Notes: a model not told the origin generated them from the letters alone. DNA of 64,000 nucleotides from Eledone cirrhosa (GCA_964016885.1 OZ024741.1:24304001-24368000); one strand, 5' to 3'. Positions 41,981 to 57,300 are shown, numbered from the stretch's first letter. Numbers and translations are program-made.

Positions 41981-44900
41981 ACCTAAGCCTCATCCAGTAC
42001 ATATATAGTAAAAGACCGTGCCTCAGCTGTCACCTAACCCTAATCCAGTACATATATAGTAAAAGAGCGTGCCTCAGCTGTGACCTAACCCTAATCCAGT
42101 ACATATATAGTAAAAGACCGTGCTTCAGCCACGATCTAACCCTAATCCAGTACATATATAGTAAAAGACCATACCTCAGCTGTGACCTAACCTTAATCCA
42201 GTACATATATAGTAAAAGACTGTGCTTTAGCTGTCACCTAACCCTAATCCAGTACATATATAGTAAAAGACTGTGCTTCAGCCATGACCTAACCCTAATC
42301 CAGTACATATATAGTAAAAGACTGTGCTTCAGCTGTCACCTAACCCTAATCCAGTACATATATAGTAAAAGACTGTGCTTCAGCTGTCACCTATACCCTA
42401 ATCCAGTACATATATAGTAAAGACCGTGCTTCAGCCATGACCTAACCCTAATCCAGTACATATATAGTAAAAGACTGTGCTTCAGCTGTCACCTAACTCT
42501 GATCCAGTACATATATAGTAAAAGACCGTGCCTCAGCTGTGACGTAACCCTAATCCAGTACATATAAAGTAAAAGACTGTGCCTCAGCTGTGACCTAACC
42601 CTAATCCAGTACATATATAGTAAAAGACCGTGCTTCAGCCACGATCTAACCCTAATCCAGTACATATATAGTAAAAGACTGTGCTTCAGCTGTGACCTAA
42701 CCCTAATCCAGTACATATATAGTAAAAGACTGTGCTTCAGCTGTCACCTAACCCTAATCCAATACATATATAATAAAAGACTGTGCTGCTGCCATGACCT
42801 AACCCTAATCCAGTACATATATAGTAAAAGACTGTGCTTCAGCTGTCACCTAAACCTAATCTAGTACATATATAGTAAAAGACTGTGCTTCAGCCATGAC
42901 CTAACCCTAATCCAGTACATATATAGTAAAAGACTGTGCTTCAGCTGTGACCTAACCCTAATCCAGTACATATATAGTAAAAGACTGTGCTGCAGCCATG
43001 ACTTAACCCTAATCCAGTACATATATAGTAAAAGACTGTGCTTCAGCTGTCACCTAAACCTAATCTAGTACATATATAGTAAAAGACTGTGCTTCAGCCA
43101 TGACCTAACCCTAATCCAGTACATATATAGTAAAAGACTGTGCTTCAGCTGTGACCTAACTCTAATCCAGTACATATATAGTAAAAGACTGTGCTTCAGC
43201 CATGACCTAACCCTAATCCAGTACATATATAGTAAAAGACTGTGCTTCAGCTGTCACCTAAACCTAATCCAGTACATCTATAGTAAAAGACTGTGCTTCA
43301 GCAATGACCTAACCCTAATCCAGTACATATATAGTAAAAGACTGTGCTGCAGCCATGACCTAACCCTAATCCAGTACATATATAGTAAAAGACTGTGCTT
43401 CAGCTGTGACCTAACTCTAATCCAGTACATATATAGTAAAAGACTGTGCTGCAGCCATGACCTAATCATAATCCAGTACATATATAGTAAAAGACTGTGC
43501 TTCAGCTGTGACCTAACCCTAATCCAGTACATATATAGTAAAAGACTCTTCTTCAGATGTCACCTAAGCCTCATCCAGTACATATATAGTAAAAGACCGT
43601 GCCTCAGCTGTCACCTAACCCTAATCCAGTACATATATAGTAAAAGAGCGTGCCTCAGCTGTGACCTAACCCTAATCCAGTACATATATAGTAAAAGACC
43701 GTGCTTCAGCCACGATCTAACCCTAATCCAGTACATATATAGTAAAAGACCATACCTCAGCTGTGACCTAACCTTAATCCAGTACATATATAGTAAAAGA
43801 CTGTGCTTTAGCTGTCACCTAACCCTAATCCAGTACATATATAGTAAAAGACTGTGCTTCAGCCATGACCTAACCCTAATCCAGTACATATATAGTAAAA
43901 GACTGTGCTTCAGCTGTCACCTAACCCTAATCCAGTACATATATAGTAAAAGACTGTGCTTCAGCTGTCACCTATACCCTAATCCAGTACATATATAGTA
44001 AAGACCGTGCTTCAGCCATGACCTAACCCTAATCCAGTACATATATAGTAAAAGACTGTGCTTCAGCTGTCACCTAACTCTGATCCAGTACATATATAGT
44101 AAAAGACCGTGCCTCAGCTGTGACCTAACCCTAATCCAGTACATATATAGTAAAAGACTGTGCCTCAGCTGTGACCTAACCCTAATCCAGTACATATATA
44201 GTAAAAGACCGTGCTTCAGCCACGATCTAACCCTAATCCAGTACATATATAGTAAAAGACTGTGCTTCAGCTGTGACCTAACCCTAATCCAGTACATATA
44301 TAGTAAAAGACTGTGCTTCAGCTGTCACCTAACCCTAATCCAATACATATATAATAAAAGACTGTGCTGCTGCCATGACCTAACCCTAATCCAGTACATA
44401 TATAGTAAAAGACTGTGCTTCAGCTGTCACCTAAACCTAATCTAGTACGTATATAGTAAAAGACTGTGCTTCAGCCATGACCTAACCCTAATCCAGTACA
44501 TATATAGTAAAAGACTGTGCTTCAGCTGTGACCTAACCCTAATCCAGTACATATATAGTAAAAGACTGTGCTGCAGCCATGACCTAACCCTAATCCAGTA
44601 CATATATAGTAAAAGACTGTGCTTCAGCTGTCACCTAAACCTAATCTAGTACATATATAGTAAAAGACTGTGCTTCAGCCATGACCTAACCCTAATCCAG
44701 TACATATATAGTAAAAGACTGTGCTTCAGCTGTGACCTAACTCTAATCCAGTACATATATAGTAAAAGACTGTGCTTCAGCCATGACCTAACCCTAATCC
44801 AGTACATATATAGTAAAAGAATGTGCTTCAGCTGTCACCTAAACCTAATCCAGTACATCTATAGTAAAAGACTGTGCTTCAGCAATGACCTAACCCTAAT

Positions 44901-45140
44901 CCAGTACATATATAGTAAAAGACTGTGCTGCAGCCATGACCTAACCCTAATCCAGTACATATATAGTAAAAGACTGTGCTTCAGCTGTGACCTAACTCTA
45001 ATCCAGTACATATATAGTAAAAGACTGTGCTGCAGCCATGACCTAATCATAATCCAGTACATATATAGTAAAAGACTGTGCTTCAGCTGTGACCTAACCC
45101 TAATCCAGTACATATATAGTAAAAGACTGTGCTTCAGCTG
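41981..45140. repeat. Tandem duplication of a 31-monomer (1,581 bp) block
   Basis: acctaagcctcatcc at 41981/43562; ORF pairs 42489/44070 and 43278/44859, all +1581. Confidence 0.92.
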
Positions 45141-45469
45141 TGACCTAACCCTAATCCAGTACATATATAGTAAAAGACTATGCTTCAGCTGTCACCTAAC
45201 TCTAATCCAGTACATATATAGTAAAAGACTGTGCTTCAGCTGTGACGTAACCCTAATCCAGTACATATATAGTAAAAGACTCTTCTTCAGATGTCACCTA
45301 ACCCTAATCCAGTACATATATAGTAAAAGACTGTGCTTCATCTGTCACCTAACCCTAATCCAATACATATATAGTAAAAGAGTCTGCTTCAGCTTTCACC
45401 TAACCCTAAACCAGAACATATATAGTAAAAGACCGTGCATCAGCCATGTCCTAACCCTAATCCAGTACA

Positions 45470-46750
45470 TATATAGTAAAAGACTGTGCTTCAGCTGTCA
45501 CCTAACCCTTATCCAGTACATATATAGTAAAAGACCGTGCTTCGGCCCTGACCTAACCCTAATCCAGTACATATATAGTAAAAGACTGTACCTCAGACAT
45601 GACCTAACCCTAATCCAGTACATATATAGTAAAAACAGTGCTTCAGCTGTCACCTAACCCTAATCCAGTACATATATAGTAAAAGACTGTTTTTCAGCTG
45701 TCACCTAACCCTAATCCAGTACATATATAGTAAAAGACTGTGCTTCAGCCATGACCTAACCCTAATCTAGTACATATATAGTAAAAGACCGTGCTTCAGC
45801 CCTGACCTAACCCTAATCCAGTACATATATAGTAAAAGACTGTGTTTCAGCTGTCACCTAACCTTAATCCAGTACATATATAGTAAAAGACCGTGCTTCA
45901 GCCATGACGTAACTTTAATCCAATCCATATATAGTAAAAGACTGTGCCTCAGCTGGGACCTAACCCTAATCCAGTACATATATAGTAAAAGACCGTGCTT
46001 CAGCCATGACCTAACCCTAATCCAGTACATATATAGTAAAAGACTGTGCTTCAGCTGTCACCTAACCCTAATCCAGTACATATATAGTAAAAGACTGTGC
46101 TTCAGCTGACTCCTAACCCTAATCCAGTACATATATAGTAAAAGACTGTGCTTCACCTGTCACCTAACTCTAATCCAGTACATATATAGTAAAAGACCGT
46201 GCTTCAGCCATGACGTAACTTTAATCCAATCCATATATAGTAAAAGACTGTGCTTCAGCCATGACCTAACCCTAATCCAGTACATATATAGTAAAAGACC
46301 GTACTTCAGCCATGACGTAACTTTAATCCAATCCATATATAGTAAAAAACTGTGCTTCAGCTGTCACCTACCTCTAATCCTGTACATATATAGTAAAAGA
46401 CTGTGCTTCAGCTGTCACCTAACCCTACTCCTGTACATATATAGTAAAAGACTGTGCTTCAGCTGTCACCTAACCCTAATCCAGTAAATATATAGTAAAA
46501 GACCGTACTTCAGCCATGACGTAACTTTAATCCAATCCATATATAGTAAAAGACTGTGCTTCAGCTGTCACCTAACTCTAATCCTGTACATATATAGTAA
46601 AAGACTGTGCTTCAGCTGTCACCTAACCCTAATCCTGTACATATATAGTAAAAGACCATGCCTCAGCTGTCACCTAACCCTAATCCAGTACATATATAGT
46701 AAAATAACGTGCCTCAGCTGTGACCTAACCCTAATCCAGTACATATATAG
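45470..46750. repeat. Dispersed copy of ~39.3-40.6 kb (offset ~6,170 bp)
   Basis: cctaacccttatcc at 39331/45501 and aaaataacgt at 40531/46701 (both +6170), with shared aaaaacagtg, tgtttttc and ccctgac markers in between. Confidence 0.85.
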
Positions 46751-46899
46751 TAAAAGACCGTGCTTCAGCTGTCACCTAATCCTAATCCAGTACATATATA
46801 GAAAAGGACTGTGCTTCAGCTGTCACCTATACCCTAATCCAGTACATATATACTAAAGACCATGCTTCAGCCATAACCTAACCCTAATCCAGTACATAT

Positions 46900-49800
46900 A
46901 TAGTAAAAGACTGTGCCTCAGCTGTGACCTAACCCTAATCCAATACATATATAGTAAAAGACCGTGCTTTAGCCACGATCTAACCCTAATCCAGTACATA
47001 TATAGTAAAAGACAATGCCTCAGCTGTGACCTAACCTTAATCCAGTACATATATAGTAAAAGACTGTGCATCAGCTGTGACCTAACCCTAATCCAGTACA
47101 TATATAGTAAAAGACTGTGCTTCAGCTGTCACCTAACCCTAATCCAATACATATATAATAAAAGACTGTGCTTCAGCCATGATCTAACCCTAATCCAGTA
47201 CATATATAGTAAAAGACTGTGCTTCAGCTGTCACCTAAACCTAATCTAGTACATATATAGTAAAAGACTGTGCTTCAGCTGTCACCTAAACCTAATCCAG
47301 TACATATATAGTAAAAGACTGTGCTTCAGCTGTCACCTAAACCTAATCTAGTACATATATAGTAAAAGACTGTGCTTCAGCTGTCACCTAAACCTAATCC
47401 AGTACATATATAGTAAAAGACTGTGCTTCAGCAATGAGCTTACCCTAATCCAGTACATATATAGTAAAAGACTGTGCTGCAGCCATGACCTAACCCTAAT
47501 CCAGTACATATATAGTAAAAGACTGTGCTTCAGCTGTGACCTAACTCTAATCCAGTACATATATAGTAAAAGACTGTGCTGCAGCCATGACCTAACCCTA
47601 ATCCAGTACATATATAGTAAAAGACTGTGCTTCAGCTGTCACCTAACCCTAATCCAGTACATATATAGTAAAAGACTGTGCTTCAGCTGTCACCAAACCC
47701 TAATGCAGTACATATATAGTAAAAGACCGTGCTTCAGCTGTCACCTAACCCTAATCCAGTACATATATAGTAAAAGACTGTGCTTCAGCTGTCACCTAAA
47801 CCTAATCCAGTACATATATAGTAAAAGACTGTGCTTCAGCAATGACCTAACCCTAATCCAGTACATATATAGTAAAAGACTGTGCTTCAGCTGTCACCTA
47901 ACCCTAATCCAGTACATATATAGTAAAAGACCGTGCTTCAGCTGTCACCTAACACTAATCCAGTACATATATAGTAAAAGACTGTGCTTCAGCTGTGACC
48001 TAACCCTAATCCAGTACATATATAGTAAAAGACTGTGCTTCAGCTGTCACCTAACACTAATCCAGTACATATATAGTAAAAGGCTGTGCTTCAGCTGTGA
48101 CCTAACTCTAATCCAGTACATATATAGTAAAAGACTGTGCTTCAGCTGTGACCTAACTCTAATCCAGTACATATATAGTAAAAGACTGTGCTTCAGCTGT
48201 CACCTAACCTTAATCCAGTACATATATAGTAGAACACTTTGCTTCACCTGTCACCTAACCCTAATCCAGTACATATATAGTAAAAGACTGTGCTTCAGCT
48301 GTCACATAACCCTAATCCAGTACATATATAGTAAAAGACTGTGCTTCAGCCATGACATAACCCTAATCCAGTACATATATAGTAAAAGGCTGTGTTTCAG
48401 CTGTCACCTAACTCTAATCCAGTACATATATAGTAAAAGACTGTGCTTCAGCTGTCACCTAAGCCTAATCCAGTACATATATAGTAAAAGACTGTGCTTC
48501 AGCCATGACCTAACCATAATCCAGTACATATATAGTAAAAGACTGTGCTTCAGCCATGACCTAACCCTAATCCAGTACATATATAGTAAAAGACTGTGCT
48601 TCAGCCTTGACGTAACCCTAATCCAGTACATATATAGAAAAAGACCGTGCTTCAGCTGTCACCTAACCCTAATCCAGTACATATATAATAAAAGAATGTG
48701 CTTCAGCCATGACCTAACCCTAATCCAGTACATATATAGTAAAAGACTGTGCTTCTGCTGTCACCTAACTCTAATCCAGTACATATATAGTAAAAGACTG
48801 TGCTTCAGCTGTCACCTAACTCTAACCCAGTACATATATAGTAAAAGACCGTGCCTCAGCCATGACCTAACTCTAATCCAGTACATATATAGTAAAAGAC
48901 TGTGCTTCAGCTGTCACCTAACCCTAATCCAGTACATATATAGTAAAAGACCGTGCCTCAGCCATGACCCAAGCCTCATCCAGTACATATATAGGAAAAG
49001 ACTGTGCTTCAGCCATGACCTAACCCTAATCCAGTACATATATAGTAAAAGACTGTGCTTCAACTGTCACCTAACCCTAATCCAGTACATATATAGTAAA
49101 AGACTGTGCTGCAGCCATGACCTAACACTAATCCAGTACATATATAGTAAAAGACCGTCCTTCAGCTGTCACCTAACCTTAATCCAGTACATATATAGTA
49201 AAAGACTGTGCTTCAGCTGTCACCTAACTCTAATCCAGTACATATATAGTAAAAGACCGTGCTTCAGCTGTCACCTAACCTTAATTCAGTACATATATAG
49301 TAAAAGACCGTGCTTCAGCTGTCACCTAACCTTAATCCAGTACATATATATTAAAAGACCGTGCTTCAGCTTTCACCTAACCTTAATCCAGTACATATAT
49401 AGTAAAAGACTGTGCTTCAGCTGTTACCTAACTCTAATCCAGTACATATATAGTAAAAGACCGTGCTTCAGCTGTCACCTAACCTTAATCCAGTACATAT
49501 ATAGTAAAAGACCGTGCTTCAGCTGTCACCTAACCTTAATCCAGTACATATATAGTAAAGACCGTGCTTCAGCTGTCACCTAACCTTAATCCAGTACATA
49601 TATAGTAAAAGACTGTGCTTTAGCTGTCACCTAACTCTAATCCAGTACATATATAGTAAAAGACTCTGCTTCCCGCTGTCACCTAACTCTAATCCAGTAC
49701 ATATATAGTAAAAGACGGTGCTTCAACCATGACCTAACTCTAATCCAGTACATATATAGTAAAAGACTGTGCTTCAGCTGTCACCTAACTCTAATCCAGT

Positions 49801-52800
49801 ACATATATAGTAAAAGACTGTGCTACAGCTGTCACCTAACCCTAATCCAGTACATACATAGTAAAAGACTGTTCTTCAGCTGTCACCTGACGCTAATCCT
49901 GTACATATATAGTAAAAGACCGTGCTTCAGCCCTGACCTAACCCTAATCCAGTACATATATAGTAAAAGACTGTGCTTCAGTCATGACCTAACCCTAATC
50001 CTGTACATATATAGTAAAAGACTGTGCTACAGCTGTCACCTAACCCTAATCCAGTACATAAATAGTAAAAGACTGTGCTTCAGCTGTCACCTAACCTTAA
50101 TCCTGTACATAAGTAGTAAAAGACTGTGCTTCAGCTGTCACCTAACCCTAATTCAGTACATATATAGTAAAGACCGTGCTTCAGCCATGACCTAACCCTA
50201 ATCCAGTACATATATAGTAAAAGACTGTGCTTCAGCTGTCACCTAACCCTAATCCAGTACATATATAGTAAATGACTGTGCTTCAGCTGTCACCTAACCC
50301 TAATCCAGTACATATATAGTAAAAGACCGTGCCTCAGTTGTGACCTAACCCTAATCCAGTACATATATAGTAAAAGAGCGTGCCTCAGCTATGACCTAAC
50401 CCTAATCCAGTACATATATAGTAAAAGACCGTGCTTCAGCCACGATCTAACCCTAATCCAGTACATATATAGTAAAAGATCATGCCTCAGCTCTGACCTA
50501 ACCTTAATCCAGTACATATATAGTAAAAAACTGTGCCTCAGCTGTGACCTAACCCTAATCCAGTACATATATAGTAAAAGAGCGTGCCTCAGCTGTGACC
50601 TAACCCTAATCCAGTACATATATAGTAAAAGACCGTGCTTCAGCCACGATCTAACCCTAATCCAGTACATATATAGTAAAAGATCATGCCTCAGCTGTGA
50701 CCTAACCTTAATCCAGTACATATATAGTAAAAAACTGTGCCTCAGCTGTGACCTAACCCTAATCCAGTAAATATATAGTAAAAGAGCGTGCCTCAGCTGT
50801 GACCTAACCCTAATCCAGTACATATATAGTAAAGGACCGTGCTTCAGCCATGACCTAACCCTAATCCAGTACATATATAGTAAAAGACTGTGCTTCAGCC
50901 ATGACCTAACCCTAATCCAGTACATATATAGTAAAAGACTGTGCTTCAGCTGTCACCTAACCCTAATCCAGTACATATATATTAAATGACTGTGCTTCAG
51001 CCATGACCTAACCCTAATCCATTACATATATATTAAAAGACTGTGCTTCAGCCATGACCTAACCCTAATCCAGTACATATATATTAAAAGACTGTGCTTC
51101 AGCCATGACCTAACCCTAATCCAGTACATATATATTAAAAGACTGTGCTTCAGCCATGACCTAACCCTAATCCAGTACATATATAGTAAAAGACTGTGCT
51201 TCAGCCATGACCTAACCCTAATCCAGTACATATATAGTAAAAGACTGTGCCTCAGCTGTGACCTAACCCTAATCCAGTACATATATAGTAAAAGACCGTG
51301 CTTTAGCCACGATCTAACCCTATTCCAGTACATATATAGTAAAAGACAATGCCTCAGCTGTGACCTAACCTTAATCCAGTACATATATAGTAAAAGACTG
51401 TGCATCAGCTGTGACCTAACCCTAATCCAGTACATATATAGTAAAAGACTGTGCTTCAGCTGTCACCTAACCCTAATCCAATACATATATAATAAAAGAC
51501 TGTGCTGCAGCCATGATCTAACCCTAATCCAGTACATATATAGTAAAAGACTGTGCTTCAGCTGTCACCTAAACCTAATCTAGTACATATATAGTAAAAG
51601 ACTGTGCTTCAGCTGTCACCTAAACCTAATCCAGTACATATATAGTAAAAGACTGTGCTTCAGCTGTCACCTAAACCTAATCTAGTACATATATAGTAAA
51701 AGACTGTGCTTCAGCTGTCACCTAAACCTAATCCAGTACATATATATTAAAAGACTGTGCTTCAGCAATGAGCTTACCCTAATCCAGTACATATATAGTA
51801 AAAGACTGTGCTGCAGCCATGACCTAACCCTAATCCAGTACATATATAGTAAAAGACTGTGCTTCAGCTGTGACCTAACTCTAATCCAGTACATATATAG
51901 TAAAAGACTGTGCTGCAGCCATGACCTAACCCTAATCCAGTACATATATAGTAAAAGACTGTGCTTCAGCTGTCACCTAACCCTAATCCAGTACATATAT
52001 AGTAAAAGACTGTGCTTCAGCTGTCACCTAACCCTAATGCAGTACATATATAGTAAAAGACCGTGCTTCAGCTGTCACCTAACCCTAATCCAGTACATAT
52101 ATAGTAAAAGACTGTGCTTCAGCTGTCACCTAAACCTAATCCAGTACATATATAGTAAAAGACTGTGCTTCAGCAATGACCTAACCCTAATCCAGTACAT
52201 ATATAGTAAAAGACCGTGCTTCAGCTGTCACCTAACACTAATCCAGTACATATATAGTAAAAGACTGTGCTTCAGCTGTCACCTAACCCTAATCCAGTAC
52301 ATATATAGTAAAAGACTGTGCTTCAGCTGTCACCTAACACTAATCCAGTACATATATAGTAAAAGACTGTGCTTCAGCTGTGACCTAACTCTAATCCAGT
52401 ACATATATAGTAAAAGACTGTGCTTCAGCTGTGACCTAACTCTAATCCAGTACATATATAGTAAAAGACTGTGCTTCAGCTGTCACCTAACCTTAATCCA
52501 GTACATATATAGTAGAACACTTTGCTTCACCTGTCACCTAACCCTAATCCAGTACATATATAGTAAAAGACTGTGCTTCAGCTGTCACATAACCCTAATC
52601 CAGTACATATATAGTAAAAGACTGGGCTTCAGCCATGACATAACCCTAATCCAGTACATATATAGTAAAAGGCTGTGTTTCAGCTGTCACCTAACTCTAA
52701 TCCAGTACATATATAGTAAAAGACTGTGCTTCAGCTGTCACCTAAGCCTAATCCAGTACATATATAGTAAAAGACTGTGCTTCAGCCATGACCTAACCAT

Positions 52801-54300
52801 AATCCAGTACATATATAGTAAAAGACTGTGCTTCAGCCATGACCTAACCCTAATCCAGTACATATATAGTAAAAGACTGTGCTTCAGCCTTGACGTAACC
52901 CTAATCCAGTACATATATAGAAAAAGACCGTGCTTCAGCTGTCACCTAACCCTAATCCAGTACATATATAATAAAAGAATGTGCTTCAGCCATGACCTAA
53001 CCCTAATCCAGTACATATATAGTAAAAGACTGTGCTTCTGCTGTCACCTAACTCTAATCCAGTACATATATAGTAAAAGACTGTGCTTCAGCTGTCACCT
53101 AACTCTAACCCAGTACATATATAGTAAAAGACCGTGCCTCAGCCATGACCTAACTCTAATCCAGTACATATATAGTAAAAGACTGTGCTTCAGCTGTCAC
53201 CTAACCCTAATCCAGTACATATATAGTAAAAGACCGTGCCTCAGCCATGACCCAAGCCTCATCCAGTACATATATAGGAAAAGACTGTGCTTCAGCCATG
53301 ACCTAACCCTAATCCAGTACATATATAGTAAAAGACTGTGCTTCAACTGTCACCTAACCCTAATCCAGTACATATATAGTAAAAGACTGTGCTGCAGCCA
53401 TGACCTAACCCTAATCCAGTACATATATAGTAAAAGACCGTCCTTCAGCTGTCACCTAACCTTAATCCAGTACATATATAGTAAAAGACTGTGCTTCAGC
53501 TGTCACCTAACTCTAATCCAGTACATATATAGTAAAAGACCGTGCTTCAGCTGTCACCTAACCTTAATTCAGTACATATATAGTAAAAGACCGTGCTTCA
53601 GCTGTCACCTAACCTTAATCCAGTACATATATATTAAAAGACCGTGCTTCAGCTGTCACCTAACCTTAATCCAGTACATATATAGTAAAAGACTGTGCTT
53701 CAGCTGTTACCTAACTCTAATCCAGTACATATATAGTAAAAGACCGTGCTTCAGCTGTCACCTAACCTTAATCCAGTACATATATAGTAAAAGACCGTGC
53801 TTCAGCTGTCACCTAACCTTAATCCAGTACATATATAGTAAAGACCGTGCTTCAGCTGTCACCTAACCTTAATCCAGTACATATATAGTAAAAGACTGTG
53901 CTTTAGCTGTCACCTAACTCTAATCCAGTACATATATAGTAAAAGACTCTGCTTCCCGCTGTCACCTAACTCTAATCCAGTACATATATAGTAAAAGACG
54001 GTGCTTCAACCACGACCTAACTCTAATCCAGTACATATATAGTAAAAGACTGTGCTTCAGCTGTCACCTAACTCTAATCCAGTACATATATAGTAAAAGA
54101 CTGTGCTACAGCTGTCACCTAACCCTAATCCAGTACATACATAGTAAAAGACTGTTCTTCAGCTGTCACCTGACGCAAATCCAGTACATATATAGTAAAA
54201 GACCGTGCTTCAGCCCTGACCTAACCCTAATCCAGTACATATATAGTAAAAGACTGTGCTTCAGTCATGACCTAACCCTAATCCTGTACATATATAGTAA
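46900..54300. repeat. Duplication with ~85-monomer (4,334/4,283 bp) offset: ~46.9-50.0 kb copied at ~51.24-54.3 kb
   Basis: ORF pairs 47384/51718 and 47703/52037 (+4334); agaacacttt 48231/52514 (+4283, one monomer fewer); caatgagcttaccc, cccaagcctc and ttcccgctg are shared by both copies. Confidence 0.92.
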
Positions 54301-54359
54301 AAGACTGTGCTTCAGCTGTCACCTAACCCTAATCCAGTACATATATAGTAAAAGACTGT

Positions 54360-57300
54360 GCTTCAGCCATGACCTAACCCTAATCCAGTACGTATATAGT
54401 AAAAGACTGTGCTTCAGCTGACTCCTAACCCTAATCCAGTACATATATAGTAAAAGACTGTGCTTCAGCTATCACCTAACCCTAATCCAGTACATATATA
54501 GTAAAAGACTCTGCTTCAGCTGTCACCTAACCCTAATCCAGTACATAAATAGTAAAAGACTGTGCTTCAGCTGTCACCTAACCTTAATCCTGTACATATG
54601 TAGTAAAAGACTGTGCTTCAGCTGTCACCTAACCCTAATCCAGTACATATATAGTAAAGACCGTGCTTCAGCCATGACCTAACCCTAATCCAGTACATAT
54701 ATAGTAAAAGACTGTGCTTCAGCTGTCACCTAACCCTAATCCAGTACATATATAGTAAAAGACTCTGCTTCAGCTGTCACCTAACCCTAATCCAGTACAT
54801 AAATAGTAAAAGACTGTGCTTCAGCTGTCACCTAACCTTAATCCTGTACATATGTAGTAAAAGACTGTGCTTCAGCTGTCACCTAACCCTAATCCAGTAC
54901 ATATATAGTAAAAGACCGTGCTTCAGCCACGATCTAACCCTAATCCAGTACATATATAGTAAAAGATCATGCCTCAGCTGTGACCTCACCTTAATCCAGT
55001 ACATATATAGTAAAAAACTGTGCCTCAGCTGTGACCTAACCCTAATCCAGTAAATATATAGTAAAAGAGCGTGCCTCAGCTGTGACCTAACCCTAATCCA
55101 GTACATATATAGTAAAAGACCGTGCTTCAGCCATGACCTAACCCTAATCCAGTACATATATAGTAAAAGACTGTGCTTCAGCCATGACCTAACCCTAATC
55201 CAGTACATATATAGTAAAAGACTGTGCTTCAGCTGTCACCTAACCCTAATCCAGTACATATATATTAAATGACTGTGCTTCAGCCATGACCTAACCCTAA
55301 TCCAGTACATATATATTAAAAGACTGTGCTTCAGCCATGACCTAACCCTAATCCAGTACATATATAGTAAAAGACTGTGCTTCAGCTGTCACCTAACCTT
55401 AATCCAGTACATATATAATAAAAGACCGTGCTTCAGCTGTCACCTAACCTTAATCCAGTACATATATAGTAAAAGACTGTGCTTCTGCTGTCACCTAACT
55501 CTAATCCAGTACATATATAGTAAAAGACCGTGCCTCAGCCATGACCTTTCCCTAATCCAGTACATATATAGTAAAAGACTGTGCTTCAGCTGTCACCTAA
55601 CCTTAATCCAGTACATATATAATAAAAGACCGTGCTTCAGCTGTCACCTAACCTTAATCCAGTACATATATAGTAAAAGACTGTGCTTCTGCTGTCACCT
55701 AACTCTAATCCAGTACATATATAGTAAAAGACTGTGCTTCAGCTGTCACCTAACTCTAATCCAGTACATATATAGTAAAAGACCGTGCCTCAGCCATGAC
55801 CTAACTCTAATCCAGTACATATATAGTAAAAGACTGTGCTTCAGCTGTCACCTAACCCTAATCAAGTACATATATAGTAAAAGACCGTGCCTCAGCCATG
55901 ACCTAACCCTAATCCAGTACATATATAGTAAAAGACTGTGCTTCAGCCATGACCTAACCCTAATCCAGTACATATATAGTAAAAGACTGTGCTTCAGCCA
56001 TGACCTAACTCTAATCCAGTACATATATAGTAAAAGACTGTGCTTCAGCTGTCACCTAACTCGAATCCAGTACATATATAGTAAAAAACTGTGCTTCAGC
56101 CATGACCCAACCCTAATCCCGTACATATATAGTAAAAGACTGTGCTTCAGCCATGACCTAACCCTAATCCAGTACATATATAGTAAAAGACTGTGCTTCA
56201 GCCATGACCTAACCCTAATCCAGTACATATATAGTAAAAGACTGTGCTTCAGCCATGACCTAACCCTAATCCAGTACATATATAGTAAAAGACTGTGCTT
56301 CAGCCATGACCTAACCCTAATCCAGTACATATATAGTAAAAGAATGTGCTTCAGCTGTCACCTAACTCTAATCCAGTACATATATAGTAAAAGACTGTGC
56401 TTCAGCTGTCACCTAACTCTAATCCAGTACATATATAGTAAAAGACCCTGCCTCAGCCATGACCTAACTCTAATCCAGTACATATATAGTAAAAGACTGT
56501 GCTTCAGCTGTCACCTAACCCTAATCCAGTACATATATAGTAAAAGACCGTGCCTCAGCCATGACCTAACCCTAATCCAGTACATATATAGTAAAAGACT
56601 GTGCTTCAGCCATGACCTAACCCTAATCCAGTACATATATAGTAAAAGACTGTGCTTCAGCTGTCACCTAACCCTAATCCAGTACATATATAGTAAAAGA
56701 CTGTGCTTCAGCCATGACCTAACACTAATCCAGTACATATATAGTAAAAGACTGTGCTTCAGCTGTCACCTAACTCTAATCCAGTACATATATAGTAAAA
56801 GACTGTGCTTCAGCTGTCACCTAACCCTAATCCAGTACATATATAGTAAAAGACTGTGCTTCAGCCATGACCTAACCCTAATCCAGTACATATATAGTAA
56901 AAGACTGTGCTTCAGCTATGACCTAACCCTAATCCAGTACATATATAGTAAAAGACTGTGCTTCAGCTGTCACCTAACCCTAATCCAGTACATATATAGT
57001 AAAAGACTGTGCTTCAGCCATAACCTAACCCTAATCCAGTACATATATAGTAAAAGACTGTGCTTCAGCCATGACCTAACCATAATCCAGTACATATATA
57101 GTAAAAGACTGTGCTTCAGCCATGACCTAACCCTAATCCAGTACATATATAGTAAAAGACTGTGCTTCAGCCATGACCTAACCCTAATCCAGTACATATA
57201 TAGTAAAAGACTGTGCTTCAGCTGTCACCTAACCCTAATCCAGTACATATATAGTAAAAGACTGTGCTTCAGCCATGACCTAACCCTAATCCAGTACATA

